Translations under genes and position numbers: made by a program
The notes under the pieces: model-generated
Database searches by the model: none
Told to the model about the DNA's origin: nothing
Seen by the model: the letters and a program-made list of their open reading frames with translations, nothing else
Source of the DNA: the human T2T-CHM13v2.0 reference genome, Homo sapiens
NCBI RefSeq assembly: GCF_009914755.1
Contig: NC_060930.1
DNA length: 64,000 bases
Strand: one strand, 5' to 3'
Part shown: positions 13,094 to 27,392 of the stretch, piece after piece
Numbering within the stretch: the stretch's first letter is position 1
Layout: the number at the start of each line of letters is the position of its first letter

Positions 13094-14534
13094 AATTGGC
13101 AAAAATGATTGAAAGGAAGCTAACTTCAATATTGATGAGGGTGTGCAAACATATGCACTCGCAACCACTGATGACGGGAACATAAAAACCCATTCAAAGG
13201 CTGATATATGGATATTCTCTCAACCAGCAATTCAACTCATAGGGGTTTATCAAGAGGAAATATTTGGACAAATTAAAATAATATTTAGCCACTAAAAATA
13301 GTAATCCACAACCAAAATATTAATGGTACTGAGTGAAAAACATGTACAAAACTATGTGATATATACAAACATATATATAGTATAAGCCTCTGTTTTAATT
13401 AAAAATATGAAAATTAAATGTATTAAATATAATGTATTAAAAATATGTTATAAAAGGTTATGTGTGTGCATATATGCGCATGCCTAAAATGGCCTCAGAG
13501 GACTTTGCAACAAAAGTTTAACAGTCTGGGGCCGGGCATGTGAAATTAATTATCGTTTTTAAATGTTTCTAGATCTCATACATATTTAAACAAACAGCAT
13601 AAATATTTCTTATAATAAAACAGCAATACTATTTTAAATGTCTGTTTTGAGGACAATGTATTTAGGAAAATTGTATATAGAACAGGAAAGGAGTACAAGC
13701 ATGGAAAAGAGGGAAGTCAGTGTTAAATTATAAAACCTGATCACACACTCTATTTGTTCATCATTTAGAATATACTTTTCAAATGGTTTCAATACAATAA
13801 AGCCTTAAATGTTTTGCTCTAAGCATTCTTGATTTGATTTTTCACACATAGTATATTTTAAGGGCTGTTCATTTGACTGCATTTGGTTCATTTAAATTCA
13901 TCTCATCAAAATGCAAAATTTCTAAGAGCTATTTTATCTTCAAAAAAATCCCATTTAAGTCTAACTTATGTCATATTTTTTCTTAGAAAAAGGAAAACAA
14001 ATTTTACTAAAAGTAAATGAACTTAAGTTCCAAAAGTTCAAGGTTGACACAAAAGTAACTTAAACACCATAAGACAGAAAAACATACTGGCCTTCAATTC
14101 TTATTCAAAAAGTTTATTTACCCACATATGTTTCTTTAGTCATCAGTCTACAAAACAATTTGAACCAATTTTTCCTATCTTTTAAAATCTTATGTTACAT
14201 ATTCTTCTTTGACATAGCAAATGAATGTTGAGCCTTTTCCTGGAAAAAGAAATCAAAGCCTGTCATTGCCATGTGCCCCTCTCCTCCAATCCTGCGACTC
14301 CCAGTCCATTGAATCTATCTGTCACTTAGTTTCAAGAATATGACATTAAACATGCTGATTCCTCTACTTAGAATGACTTTTCAAATCTTTTATCTTCCAT
14401 GCCCAGCAAATACTCAGACCCAATACTCCTTCAAGACCCAATCTAATCACCTTATCTCTAGAGACTCCTAATCACTGTAGTGGAGGGTGCCTCAACTTCC
14501 TTCAGTGGACAAAATCTACATGCAACAAGTTCAT

Positions 14535-14928
14535 GCACACACACACACACACATTCACACACAGAAATTGACACACCCACTTTCACACACATATCCAGAC
14601 TCACACAGATTTACACACAAAGTTCACACACACAGATTCACACAGATTCTCATACACACTTTCACACACATATCCAGATTCACACACAGATTTACATACA
14701 CAAGTTCACACGTGCACAGATTCACACACACAGATACACACATACACACAAATTCACACAGATTTACACAAATTCACACACACAGATACACACAGATTCA
14801 CACACACATACATAAACACACAAATTTCACACACACAAAATCACACAGATTGAAACACACACATTCACACACATTTACAAACATATAAAAATTCAACACA
14901 CAGATTTATACACACGTTCACACACACA
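14535..14928. repeat. Composite (CA)-rich low-complexity minisatellite with recurring cacacagatt units
   Basis: About 400 bp of CA runs punctuated by gatt/aatt; internal duplication at period ~79 bp (14579 vs 14658). Confidence 0.92.
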
Positions 14929-15275
14929 ATTATTGGGCTTATATTGTAACTATCTGTTGACATGTCTTTCTTCTCTAGCAGACTCAGCTTCTTATGGAAT
15001 GCCCTGTTTGCATGCCGACATATACACAGAACCTCCCCAGATGGGTGATACCCCACAACACATTCCCCACAAGAGTTTGCTGAATTGATTAAACATGACC
15101 TATCATGAACGTTATCATTATTTTAGATTATTTTCTCAGTATAATACAACTCCTTTTAAGATCCAGTCCCATAGATGTGAAGTGGGCTGAAGAGTTTGGA
15201 GTTCATATGACACAAGACACTGGACTTTCGGTGACAAGGAACCATGGTATCAGATGGTGCTTTGAAAGTAACATT

Positions 15276-15575
15276 GGCTGCACACAGTGGCTCATGCCTG
15301 CAATCCCAGCACTTTGGGAGGCTGAGGCAAGCAGACGGCTTGAGCCCAGGAGTTTGAGACCAGCCTGGGTAACATTGCGGAACCCTATCTCTACCAAAAA
15401 ATACAAAGATTAGCCAGGTGTGGTGGTGCATGCCTGCAGTCCCGGCTACTTGGAAGGCTGAGGTAGGAGGATCACATGAGCCCAGGAAGGTGGAGATTTC
15501 TTTGAGGAGTGATTGCACCACTGCACTCCAGCCTGGGCTACAAAGCAAGACCCTGTCTCAGAAAAAAAAAAAAAA
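15276..15575 (+). mobile_element. AluJ element
   Basis: Dimeric Alu with J-type ttgagcccaggag motifs and poly(A). Confidence 0.93.
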
Positions 15576-16597
15576 GTAAAGAAAATAACTTCAAGGAGGG
15601 ACTGAGAATTGGGAGCAATTTAGGTGTGACCAATCTAGCATGGGGTGACAGGGACCTGTATTAGGAGGATAACAATGGCAAACAGAGAAAAAAAAAAAAA
15701 TCTGTACGATGCCCCCCAGCAAGTGTCAGGAACAGGCAAGAAAATATTTTATGAAATTCATCTGGATGTGAGAAGGTCCATGAACTGTGTTGGACAATAC
15801 ATCAAGGGAGGCAATTAGGCAAGGCCCCTTTCCCACAGAAACCTTGAGCTACACTGTTTATATGTGGAAGCACACAAACAGCAAGGAGCTGGGCACAGGT
15901 TCTCAGCAGGCTGATCAATCTGAGGCTCCATCAGTGCTCCCTCTGCTGTAGAATCCTGAGCGCTTGCTGAGTATATAACGCCTTTGCCACTTCTTCAGAG
16001 ATTCCTCCCCTCGCCCCAAAGTGTAAGACAGACATCATTCAGTGGCATGTACTAAAAATACAATGGAATGTCTAGCATACTTGCTGAATTGAGAAAACAT
16101 TAATATCCCAGGCTCCTCGGGTACCAGAATGGAGTCAATGCTAGAAACCACTCTTCTGAGAAAGAGTCAAAAGTGCCACAGCAGGTTCAATGAGGGTGTC
16201 ACCACTAAGTTAAGATGCTGTCACAAGGCTAATAAAAAGATTAAACGTATTAAAAGGAGAACTGATACTAAGACAAATTTGATTTCCTTTCCCCAAAAGA
16301 ATACCAAGCATCTGAGATATAGGAGGTTAAGTGAAGGTCAAAAGAGACAGTTAGATTCATTCATAAGCAATTTACTTTTCAGGAGAGATTTTGAAAGATT
16401 ATTTAACTTAGAATGAATAGTAAAATATTCAAGGTAGTTATATGGCAATTAATGAAAAAGTGGAAATGAATATTAAATTCCTAGCTCACCAGTGTCATGG
16501 TCTAACAAGAAAAGGAAACCAATTTCTAATTTTCCCATGGAATGACTTACATAAAGAATTTGTAGATCTTCATATACAAAGACAAATATTTAACTTA

Positions 16598-16894
<297 letters not shown>

Positions 16895-17179
16895 CTTAAC
16901 TTAGATTTTAAGAGTTTTTCTCAACTAATAGAGTTAGGTAAAGTAAATTACTTAACTGAACTATCTGCACATTTTCCCCTAATTTATCTTTGGAATATAG
17001 TTATGAGAAGGCTGGTCAAAACCAAGACACAAAGGTAGACCCCAAAAACCCAACAGGGAGAGGGGGAATCATGTTTTCCCTCACATGACCTCTCTCACAA
17101 AGGGCTATAAAAGCCAAAAATTTAAACAGACTTAGATAAAAATTTGAATTATTTCCAAATGCAGAGTGCTAACCACTAT

Positions 17180-17420
17180 AGTCAAGTCATTTAAATTCCC
17201 TGTGGTTAAGTCTCTTATCTGCAAAACATGAACATATAAATCTCTTTGATCACATTATTAAGCATTTCACACATTACATATCCATCTGAGAAGACAGCAC
17301 TGAAGCAGAGAAGTCCAATATTATGTATGCAAAGGATGCCTTGCAGGAGGAAATCCTGTCCTCCTTCAGTTCTCACTGATTTATAGATCCTAAAATGTAT
17401 AAAAACAAGCATTAAGTATT
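17180..17420 (+). mobile_element. MIR fragment
   Basis: caagtcatttaaattccctgtg..cttatctgcaaaa core. Confidence 0.5.
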
Positions 17421-18022
17421 TTTAAAATGGAAAACAAAATACACTGGAATGAGAATGTTTATCCATGTGACTTTGCACATATGAAAGCTGAATAAATGTT
17501 CTGTATCATCCAGTTATTTCAGTTTCAGGAGTTAAGGATACTGAGGATAAAATATCCTGATTATGGTGCCTGCATTTTTGTGTTCACGGAGTTATCCTGT
17601 CATATAGATAGCCTAAGGGTCTCTGAAAGAAAAGATGGAGTTACGAATAGAAATTTATTTCTAGGACCAAATTCAAGTTCAAATTTGCATGATAATATCT
17701 GCAGTGCTTTATTCCTCTTAAAACCCAAGTTACCAAGCTCTTAAACTCAGCTCTCTTTGCATTTTAATGAACAGAGTCCAAGTCTGATGCTTAAATGGTT
17801 TGTTTTTATTTTAAGCTTTTGAATCCCGCATAAGACCTACCACAGTGCTAGGTACTCAGTGGGTCTCTAAAAAACTTATTGGCTGTTTTTAAATTGTACC
17901 TTACATGTCTCTGAATTATAACACATGATATTAAATTCAGCAGCAAGGAAAATAAGCCTTTAAGTTCTTACTTTGCTATGCTTCCTTGCTATATGGAAAG
18001 ACAGTGTTTATGAAAATGTGAT

Positions 18023-18420
18023 TGCTATGGCTTACATGTCTGTCCCCTTCAAAACTCATCTTGAAATTTGGCTGCCATTGTGACAGTGATAGGAGGTAGG
18101 ACTTTTAGGAGGAGATAGGGCGATAATCCCCAAGCGGATGGGATTAATACCATTATAAAAGGGTAAGTTGTGTGCCTTTTTATCTCTTGGCCCCTTTGCC
18201 CCTGCCATTTGAAGCCTCTTTGATCCCCTCGCTCAGGAGGACAGGACGGCATACAAGGTGCCACCTTGGAAGAAGAGAACGACCTTACCAGACACAAAAC
18301 CTGCTGGCACCTTGACCTTAGACTTCCCAGCCTCCAGAAGAGTGGGTCAATACATTTCTGTTCTTTGCACATTACCTAGTCTGTGATATTCTGTTATAGC
18401 AGCATAAATGCACTAAGACA
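18023..18420 (+). mobile_element. MaLR solo LTR (MSTB/MSTD-like)
   Basis: tgctatgg..gtccccttcaaaactcat 5' end; ctgctggcaccttgaccttagacttcccagcctccagaa; gttatagcagca..ctaagaca 3' end. Confidence 0.88.
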
Positions 18421-19052
18421 ATGACCATTCTATGTGGCAAAGGCTAGAAAGAGGTATAGGGTTTAGAGTTAGCTTCTGAAGTGACCAGCTAGGACAGAAA
18501 CACTGCGAGAAATTCTTTGTGAATCATGGCTTTTTCATTCCTGGAGTCACTTTTCCTTCGATAAACAAACAAAACTCCACCTGTGAATATAATAGTCTCA
18601 TATCCAAAAGGGCTGGCTGGTGCTGGGAGAACAGGATATATACTCCTGAAGCCTTTCCTTAAGTGGTAGAATCATTCTTCACTGATGAATCCAACAATTA
18701 TTCCTGAGATTGATGTGTTGATTTAGCAATGCTCTATCACTCAGCATCTCTCTGTTTATGCTTTTCCTCTCCCAGAGGGCAGCCATTCTAAAGAGTTATC
18801 CCTCTCTGCAAGTAGCGAGACTCATAAACTCTACATGAGCATATTTAAGGACTTCCACCATTCAAATGAAAAAAATTACCAAATAGCAAATGATCCTATA
18901 AAGAAAAAATTTTCAAATGAAAATAAAACAACCCTCAGAAAAGCCATACAAAAATATAACCCACCACTATCCTCTGAAACCTTTGGAAATCTCTGCTGTC
19001 TTACTGAAGTACTTGGAGTTTTAAATGCAGTTTACTGGCTAAGACTGAAAAT

Positions 19053-19380
<328 letters not shown>

Positions 19381-19860
19381 CTATATTTACATATGCCTGG
19401 ACAGAGAACATAGAACACTGTACACAAAACATTATCTGATATACCTTTAAAGTTATTCTTAACCAACATGAGGGAAAATCTGTCATTAGTCAATAAACAA
19501 AGTCAATTGCTGAGAGGAACACTCTGTACATTCAGAAAAATTAGAATTCCTGCCTTGCCCCTAAAAAGAATTTAAACATAGCTGCTACTGATTAGAGACA
19601 GGGTATTTCAAAGTCCAGCCAGGAAAAAATAATCAGAATAATTCCCCTTGCTCCTAGATCCAGGAGTCAGAAGGTGAATCACAAGCAAAAAATTCATTAA
19701 TTTATGCTTGTATATCATGATTTTCCAGCTCTCTAAATTAAGGGAAAAAAGCCAGCCATACAATGAATTGTGGGCATATCCTATAAATGGATTTTCAGAA
19801 ATATTGTCAAAGTTCTTCAAATTAACTTTTCAAGACCAATTCAACAAATACCTTTCTGGG

Positions 19861-20025
19861 TTTCTTTCTTTTCTTTCTCTTTTCTTTTCCTCTCCTCTCC
19901 TCTCCTCTCCCCTCCCCTCCCCTCCCCTCCCCTCCCCTCCCCTGTCCCGTCCCCTCCCCTCCCCTCCCCTCCCCTCCCCTCCCCTCCCCTCCCCTCTCCT
20001 CTCCTCTTCTCTTTTCTTTTCTTTT
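19861..20025. repeat. Polypyrimidine/polypurine tract (CTTT/CCTCT/CCCCT)n
   Basis: 7 + 9 CCCCT units around gtcccgt; lies inside the TSD of the adjacent minus-strand Alu. Confidence 0.96.
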
Positions 20026-20300
20026 TGAGATGGAGTCTCACTCTGTCGCCCAGGCTGGAGTGCAATGGCTTGGCTCACTGCAACCTCCACCTCCTGGGTT
20101 CAAGTGATTCTCCTGCCTCAGCCTCCCGAGTAGCTGAGATTACAGGTGCCTGCCACCGTGCCAAGCTAATTTTTGTATTTTTAGTAGAGACTGGGTTTCA
20201 CCATCTTGGCCAGGCTGGTCTTGAACTCCTGATCTCATGATCCACCCACCTCAGCCTCCCAAAGTGCTGGGGTTACAGGCATGAGCCACTGCACCTGGCC
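20026..20300 (-). mobile_element. AluS element
   Basis: Antisense Alu; TSD core aaatacctttct at 19846-19857 and 20304-20315. Confidence 0.95.
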
Positions 20301-20790
20301 TATAAATACCTTTCTTGGACTATATTAGAAATTAACTTTCATTTTTATCGTAAGTACTTTTAACTCTAAAATAAAATTAATATCAAATCACAGTAAACAT
20401 TTAAGCATATCTAAAAATGAGTGGTTATGGGGGCCATGTCCTCCGACAGCAAACTAACTTCCCTTACACACCACATTTGTCCCGTTACCCATTGGCTGCA
20501 TTTAGTTCTTCTAACTGCACCCAATTCCTATATTCTGGAAAATTCTCTGGCTCCATTCATTTATTCCATAGATATTTACTCCAATTATCTCAAGGGTAAT
20601 GCAGGGCATTAGTGTTTACAAACATTCTTCAAACCTGTCATAATTCTATTCTTCTCTTATTTCCTGTTAGCAGTTATTTACATGCGTACATATGAATGAT
20701 TAAAAGATATAAAAAATGCTCAGTAAATGTTGGTAATTATTTTTGATTCCACATTTCAGGGCAAATATACTGAGTATTTCATAGACTTAC

Positions 20791-21119
<329 letters not shown>

Positions 21120-22239
21120 TAACACATCAACCTGATTAATAACATCTCCAATATTACAAAAGCAAAAGCTGGGTTTCCATAGGATAAGTAACTACCTCAG
21201 TGTCACCAAGGCACCCAATAGAGGAGCCAGGATTCACCCCCATTTAGCCTGACCCTATGTGCTGGGTAATAAGGGGAAAGTTGTATATAAGTTCAGTAGA
21301 CAAAATTAAAAGGAGGTACCTTTGGGAATGTCATAATAATGCAACGTACCTCCTTCTAACTACGTGATAAAGCATTATAAGTATCTAGATTTGATAATAT
21401 CCTGATATTGGCATCTCCGAAGTTATTGTGTTTCAATAGTTAGCATTAATTCGAAACTAAAATATACTCTGCTAATGCTATCTGTGAGAAACCACTAAAA
21501 TGTTCTGCTATGATTGTCAGAAATATGTCTTTATATGTTCATGGAGAGGGCAAAGGTACACTATGAACACTACTGACTGAGACACATTATCACCCCATTA
21601 CCATGTTCTGGTTGGTGAGTAAGTGTCCTGGGAATCTCAGAAGAGAAAGAGGTCCTGTGCCATCCTCTCCAATATGACTATGAGTTAAGGTCATAGCAAT
21701 CAGGACTTGAAATCTACCACGAGGGGCTATAAGCCGGTTCGTAATTTGACAGCTGCTGCATATTAAATCTAATATCAAGAGCCAAACAGTATTTCTAATC
21801 AAGTAAATGGATGACTTTTTCCCTTGAAACAGAAAAAGAAGTTCTGTAAACATGTGTTTGAAGGACACAGAAAAAGAGAGAGAGAGACAGAATAAATTAG
21901 GCCAAAAGATATATGAACTGTTAAAGCTTGCAATTAAGACACTTGTTCTTGATTATTTAAAGAAATGAGTTCAGTTCCATCAACACTGACCGAGTGCCTT
22001 ACATGCCCGTGATAGGCACTGTGGCAGGTCCTACTAATGCAGACACAATGCAGGCATCAGTGCTCTATTAGTCCAATGGTCATGTGAAAGGTAAGCTATA
22101 TAGTTAAAATCACCAGATCCAAGTGGAAGAAGGCTGTGACTTATTCACCTCGCTATTTTAATAAAGAACTACATTTTAACAAACATTTAATTAAAATGTT
22201 TTTATAAGAACATAACATAAGCACACAGTAGCATTTATT

Positions 22240-22537
22240 CTTATTTTTGCTTTTTTGAGATGGAGTCTCACTCTGTTACCCACGCTGGAGTACAGTGGCG
22301 CAATCTCGGCTCATTCAACCTCTGCCTCCTGGGTTCAGGCAATTCTCCTGCCTCAGCCTCCCAAGTAGCTGGGATTACAGGCATGCACCACCACATCCAG
22401 CTAATTTTTGTGTTTTTAGTAGAGACAGGGTTTCACTATGTTGGCCAGGCTGGTCTCGAACTCCCAACCCCAGGTGATCTGCCCACCTAGGCCTCCCAAA
22501 GCACTGGGATTACAGGTGTGAGCCACCACGCCCAGCC
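22240..22537 (-). mobile_element. AluS element
   Basis: Perfect 16-bp TSD cacagtagcatttatt (22224-22239 / 22538-22553). Confidence 0.96.
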
Positions 22538-23115
22538 CACAGTAGCATTTATTAAAACCTGGGGTTACAGTTGTCACTGACATAAAGACTAGTCTCACTT
22601 CTTGACCTGGTAGCAACTATCAAAAATAAAACATAGAGTCTCGGGAACAAATGGTAGTCCTTCCCCCTTACAGAACAATGGCAATAAATATATTTATGAT
22701 AATATAATAGTCATAATGAAAATAAACATTACTGTGTTGTTATGCAAAGAATAGGTTAATCTGATGATTATACATGCATAATATGTGATTAAATATAAGC
22801 ATAATAGACTATCAGTTAGGTTGCAGTGATTTACCTTTAAGAATATCAAAATAAACCTCCTTGATGATTACAAAATGACTTTCCTCATAAAGAAGCACAG
22901 AAAGAAAGTAATCTTGACTAGCAAAATGAAAGCTTTACTCATTTGAATTATCATGCAGAATAAAGGGAGAGAAAAATGTATCTATGTTGCAAGGAGATTA
23001 TACATCTTTCATAACTTGGCTCTCAATAATACAAATAACTAGAAATTTTCATATTTTCTTTGGGAAAAAAGTTACATATCAACATAAACATACTTGAACT
23101 AAGTGAGTTTTTGAG

Positions 23116-23412
<297 letters not shown>

Positions 23413-23533
23413 GAACAAAGTGAGTTTTGCTGTGAGAAAGGCCAAATTTCAGTAAGAAATAGGATGATCAGAATGTAATATTCCTCACATTAACAAAAAA
23501 AAAAAGCAAACAATATTAAACTAGGATTTCTAA

Positions 23534-23952
<419 letters not shown>

Positions 23953-26459
23953 CAGAGCTCATTTTTCATCACCATTAACGTACAGTGCCATAAAGAAAGC
24001 TTCTGGGTGGCACCTGGCACACGGTGGGTGCGCAGTAAGTTGCAGCTGTCATTACTGTCACTATGAGTGTGGACCGGATGAAAGCTGAGGTCACCATCCT
24101 CTCACTCTCTTCCACTCCCACCAGCTCTCCTCCCCCTGCAAAGCACCCCACCTTTGGGCACCATGGCTCATCAATCTTGTACTGTTATGCTCCAGCTGAA
24201 ATTCTGGGATTTCTGACAAACTGTATGACTGTGATGTTTTATCTTATTACAAATTTTAGTGTTCTTTACATAGTCCCTTATGCCATAAAGCAACACAAAC
24301 ACATACCCTTGAGATAGTTCACATGGGGTCATACCTACGCAGATTTTAAAAATACCACCACTAGACTTTTTTGCCTTTTTCTCCTTTGTTTCATTGTAAA
24401 TATCTTCAATCTCTCTCTCTCTCTCAAAAATACAAAAATGTTACAAGAAATTTAAAAAAAATAACACTGATAGCTCCTACCATCCATAAACAGATATATT
24501 CGTATTTTGCTTTCTTTCTTCCCAGTATTTTTCTTCCTCATTCACACTTCTGGGAAAAGAAAGGATAGTGACTGTATGTTTAAACAGCTGTACTCATAAG
24601 TACACTTTTTTTTTGTCTTCCCTTTTTAAACATTTAACTTTAAATTTAACTTTTAAAATTTAATATGTGTTTTTTCTGTGTTTCAGATTATTTGCAACGC
24701 ATTCAAAACACATCTTTTCATGGTGTAACCGAATAATAATGAATGTGGCTCTAAGCCTTCCCAGATACTCATAACAGCAACATTTATATTAAAAGTAGAG
24801 ATACACTTAGGCTTATTGTTGATATTTGCATTTGTATTCTCAATACTTTCGACCATTACTAGAAATCTGGTCTTGCAACTCTGTTTGTTTTCTCACTTTA
24901 AAACCTCCCTGGCCATTATAAACATATATTCACATATTGCTTTATGTTTTTGTTTCTGTCATGGTAATACTGTACTTGACATTTGTATCTCCAACAGCAT
25001 CTGGCACAGTATTGTGCACACAGTAGGCATTAAGTAAGCACTTTAAAAACTGAACTCACTTAAGGGATTTCAATAAAAGGGCTAACTCGTTGGAAATTAA
25101 ATAATTTGTGAATGAGACACCAAGTAAATGTATTAGTCACTTTCTGACTTGATATAATTTTCACGTAAGATGTGTGTGTGTGCATGTAAACACATGTGAG
25201 CTTATCTCCAAAAGTGCCAGATGTCTTTATCTTTCTTCTCCTTTCCTTTAAAATAAAATTTATATGTTTTTAATAGCAAAGTAATAAATGCTCATTATGG
25301 AATTTTTCATATATATGGACAAAAAAGGACTTTTCATTGTTCATGTCTAATAGTAATATATTTTAGGAATAATACTAACCTTCTGAGACCATAAAATTTC
25401 CATTCAGATTATTTTTCCAAATGAAAAGAAAGTATCTGAGAGAAAAATTTTAAATACCTGCTGATAAACATACTAAACGAAAAGCAAAAGTAATGACCTT
25501 AATTCCAACTTTGTATCAACCTTAATCTATCTGCAAAGTTAGCCATCTTTCTTTTTTTTATTAAGATAGTGAACCAATAAAGCAGAAAACAAGTGGCTAG
25601 TACAACATATTTCAAAGCATCCATTGATCTTGCGGCTTTCTTGCCACTTTCCATCTGAATCTTCTGTCCACCAGTCTTGAATGGGATTGCAACCTAAATC
25701 AGTTTCACTAAAGCCCACATCACACATAGACAGCTGGCTCTAGTCTTAATGAAGACTAATGAAAACAATGAAAGCCACAATGAAACCCGTAAGAAACACT
25801 GACATAACCTACAGACTCATCAAGCTTTCATCAGTACTCTGGAATACTTTTTTATTATGAGTGAATTGGTGAAAAAACAAAACAAAAACAAAACACCGCC
25901 ATGACCCGGCACAGACGCAACGTGTCACTTAGGAGCACATACTCTGGGCACACAACAGCCTCATGATGATCATTCTGGCAACGTGGGAATGGCTGGCCCC
26001 ACAGACTATCCTCTCCAGGCCTCGTATCAACTAGCCTCTCAGCTTGGGAGCTACTCTAGTTCAAAGTCACCAGGTCTGATGATATCATAGACACAGGTGG
26101 TCACTGTCTCATGGGGGGCCCTCCTCTGAAGGAACAGGAGCCAGATTCCTGAATGGCGCACTCCTTCCCATCAGGCTGTGCTCAAGATGCATCAGGCTGA
26201 GATTAGGCTACAAGCCCCAGATGGTTGTTAGGAAACCATTACAAATGGCTCCAAATTTAAGGATAGAGGCAAGGGACAGAGGTAGGCAAACACAGCTAGG
26301 AATACACAGGCAGAATGATACTTTCTTTTTTTTTTGTAAGTGTCACATCAGAACTTTGTTTTTCTTTATAGGTACATTTTTGTTAGTATCATCTAAACTG
26401 GCCACATGTCGTGTTCTGCTTTGCTAAGTGCTGAGTATCCTCTTCTTAATTTTTTTAAA

Positions 26460-26592
26460 TTAAATTTAAAAAATTTTTCACGGATACATAATAGTTGTAC
26501 ATATTTATGGTGCCCATGTGATATGTTGTTACGTGCATTGAATGTGTAATGATGAAGTCAGGGTATTTAGGACATCTATCACATCAAGTATT
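26460..26592 (-). mobile_element. L1MA 3'-end fragment
   Basis: atacataatagttgtacatatttatgg...cagggtatttagga. Confidence 0.75.
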
Positions 26593-26894
26593 CTTAAACG
26601 ATGCAATTGTAAGATTATTCTTGTGAAGAAAAAAATGACTAAAAGGAACATTTAAATGGACTCATGTTCATCTCTTCTGTGTACTCTGAAAATTTTAATA
26701 CCAAATATCACCTAATATATAAGCTTTTTTTTCCACAATCAATACAATGGGTGGGAGGGGGTTCACCTTGAGGTATTGAATACATTAAGAATTTAGGTTA
26801 AACTTCAGTTAAGCTAACTCAGCAGTAATTTAAAATGTTTCTACAATGAAGGATAACAATTTTGACAATTATACAGCAAGTGTGAAATAAGTAA

Positions 26895-26941
26895 GTAATA
26901 ATAATCCTTTGTAATAATAATAATCCTTTGTAATAATAATC
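26895..26941. repeat. Short tandem repeat gtaataata(ata)atccttt, ~2.7 copies
   Basis: Direct reading. Confidence 0.85.
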
Positions 26942-27042
26942 AAAATTAGTGATATTCTGACCCACATTCAAATTCCTATGTACTGAACTGCTAGAAAAAA
27001 AAAAAAAGGCATGTTAGGAAAAAGAAGAGATTCCAATAATAG

Positions 27043-27392
<350 letters not shown>

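Larger units (their letters stand above)
12060..13640 (+). mobile_element. Old L1M (L1ME-like) 3' fragment interrupted by two Alus
   Basis: A-rich L1 ORF2-end and 3' UTR-like motifs (caaccagcaattcaactcataggg) flanking the Alus. Confidence 0.6.

Noticed and set aside
14480-14888. His/Thr-rich ORFs (111 and 133 aa)
   Set aside because: Translation of the CA-rich repeat
19708-20240. Pro/Ser-rich and RGG-like ORFs
   Set aside because: Translation of the (CCCCT)n tract and the adjacent Alu
25458-25693. Possible minus-strand coding exon (VAIPFKTGGQKIQMESGKKAARSMDALKYVV...)
   Set aside because: Poor pyrimidine tract at the acceptor, stops before the candidate donor, and an unrecognised peptide
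25963-26080. Box C (ATGATGA) and box D (CTGA) snoRNA-like arrangement
   Set aside because: No convincing terminal stem or recognisable rRNA guide; these motifs are frequent by chance
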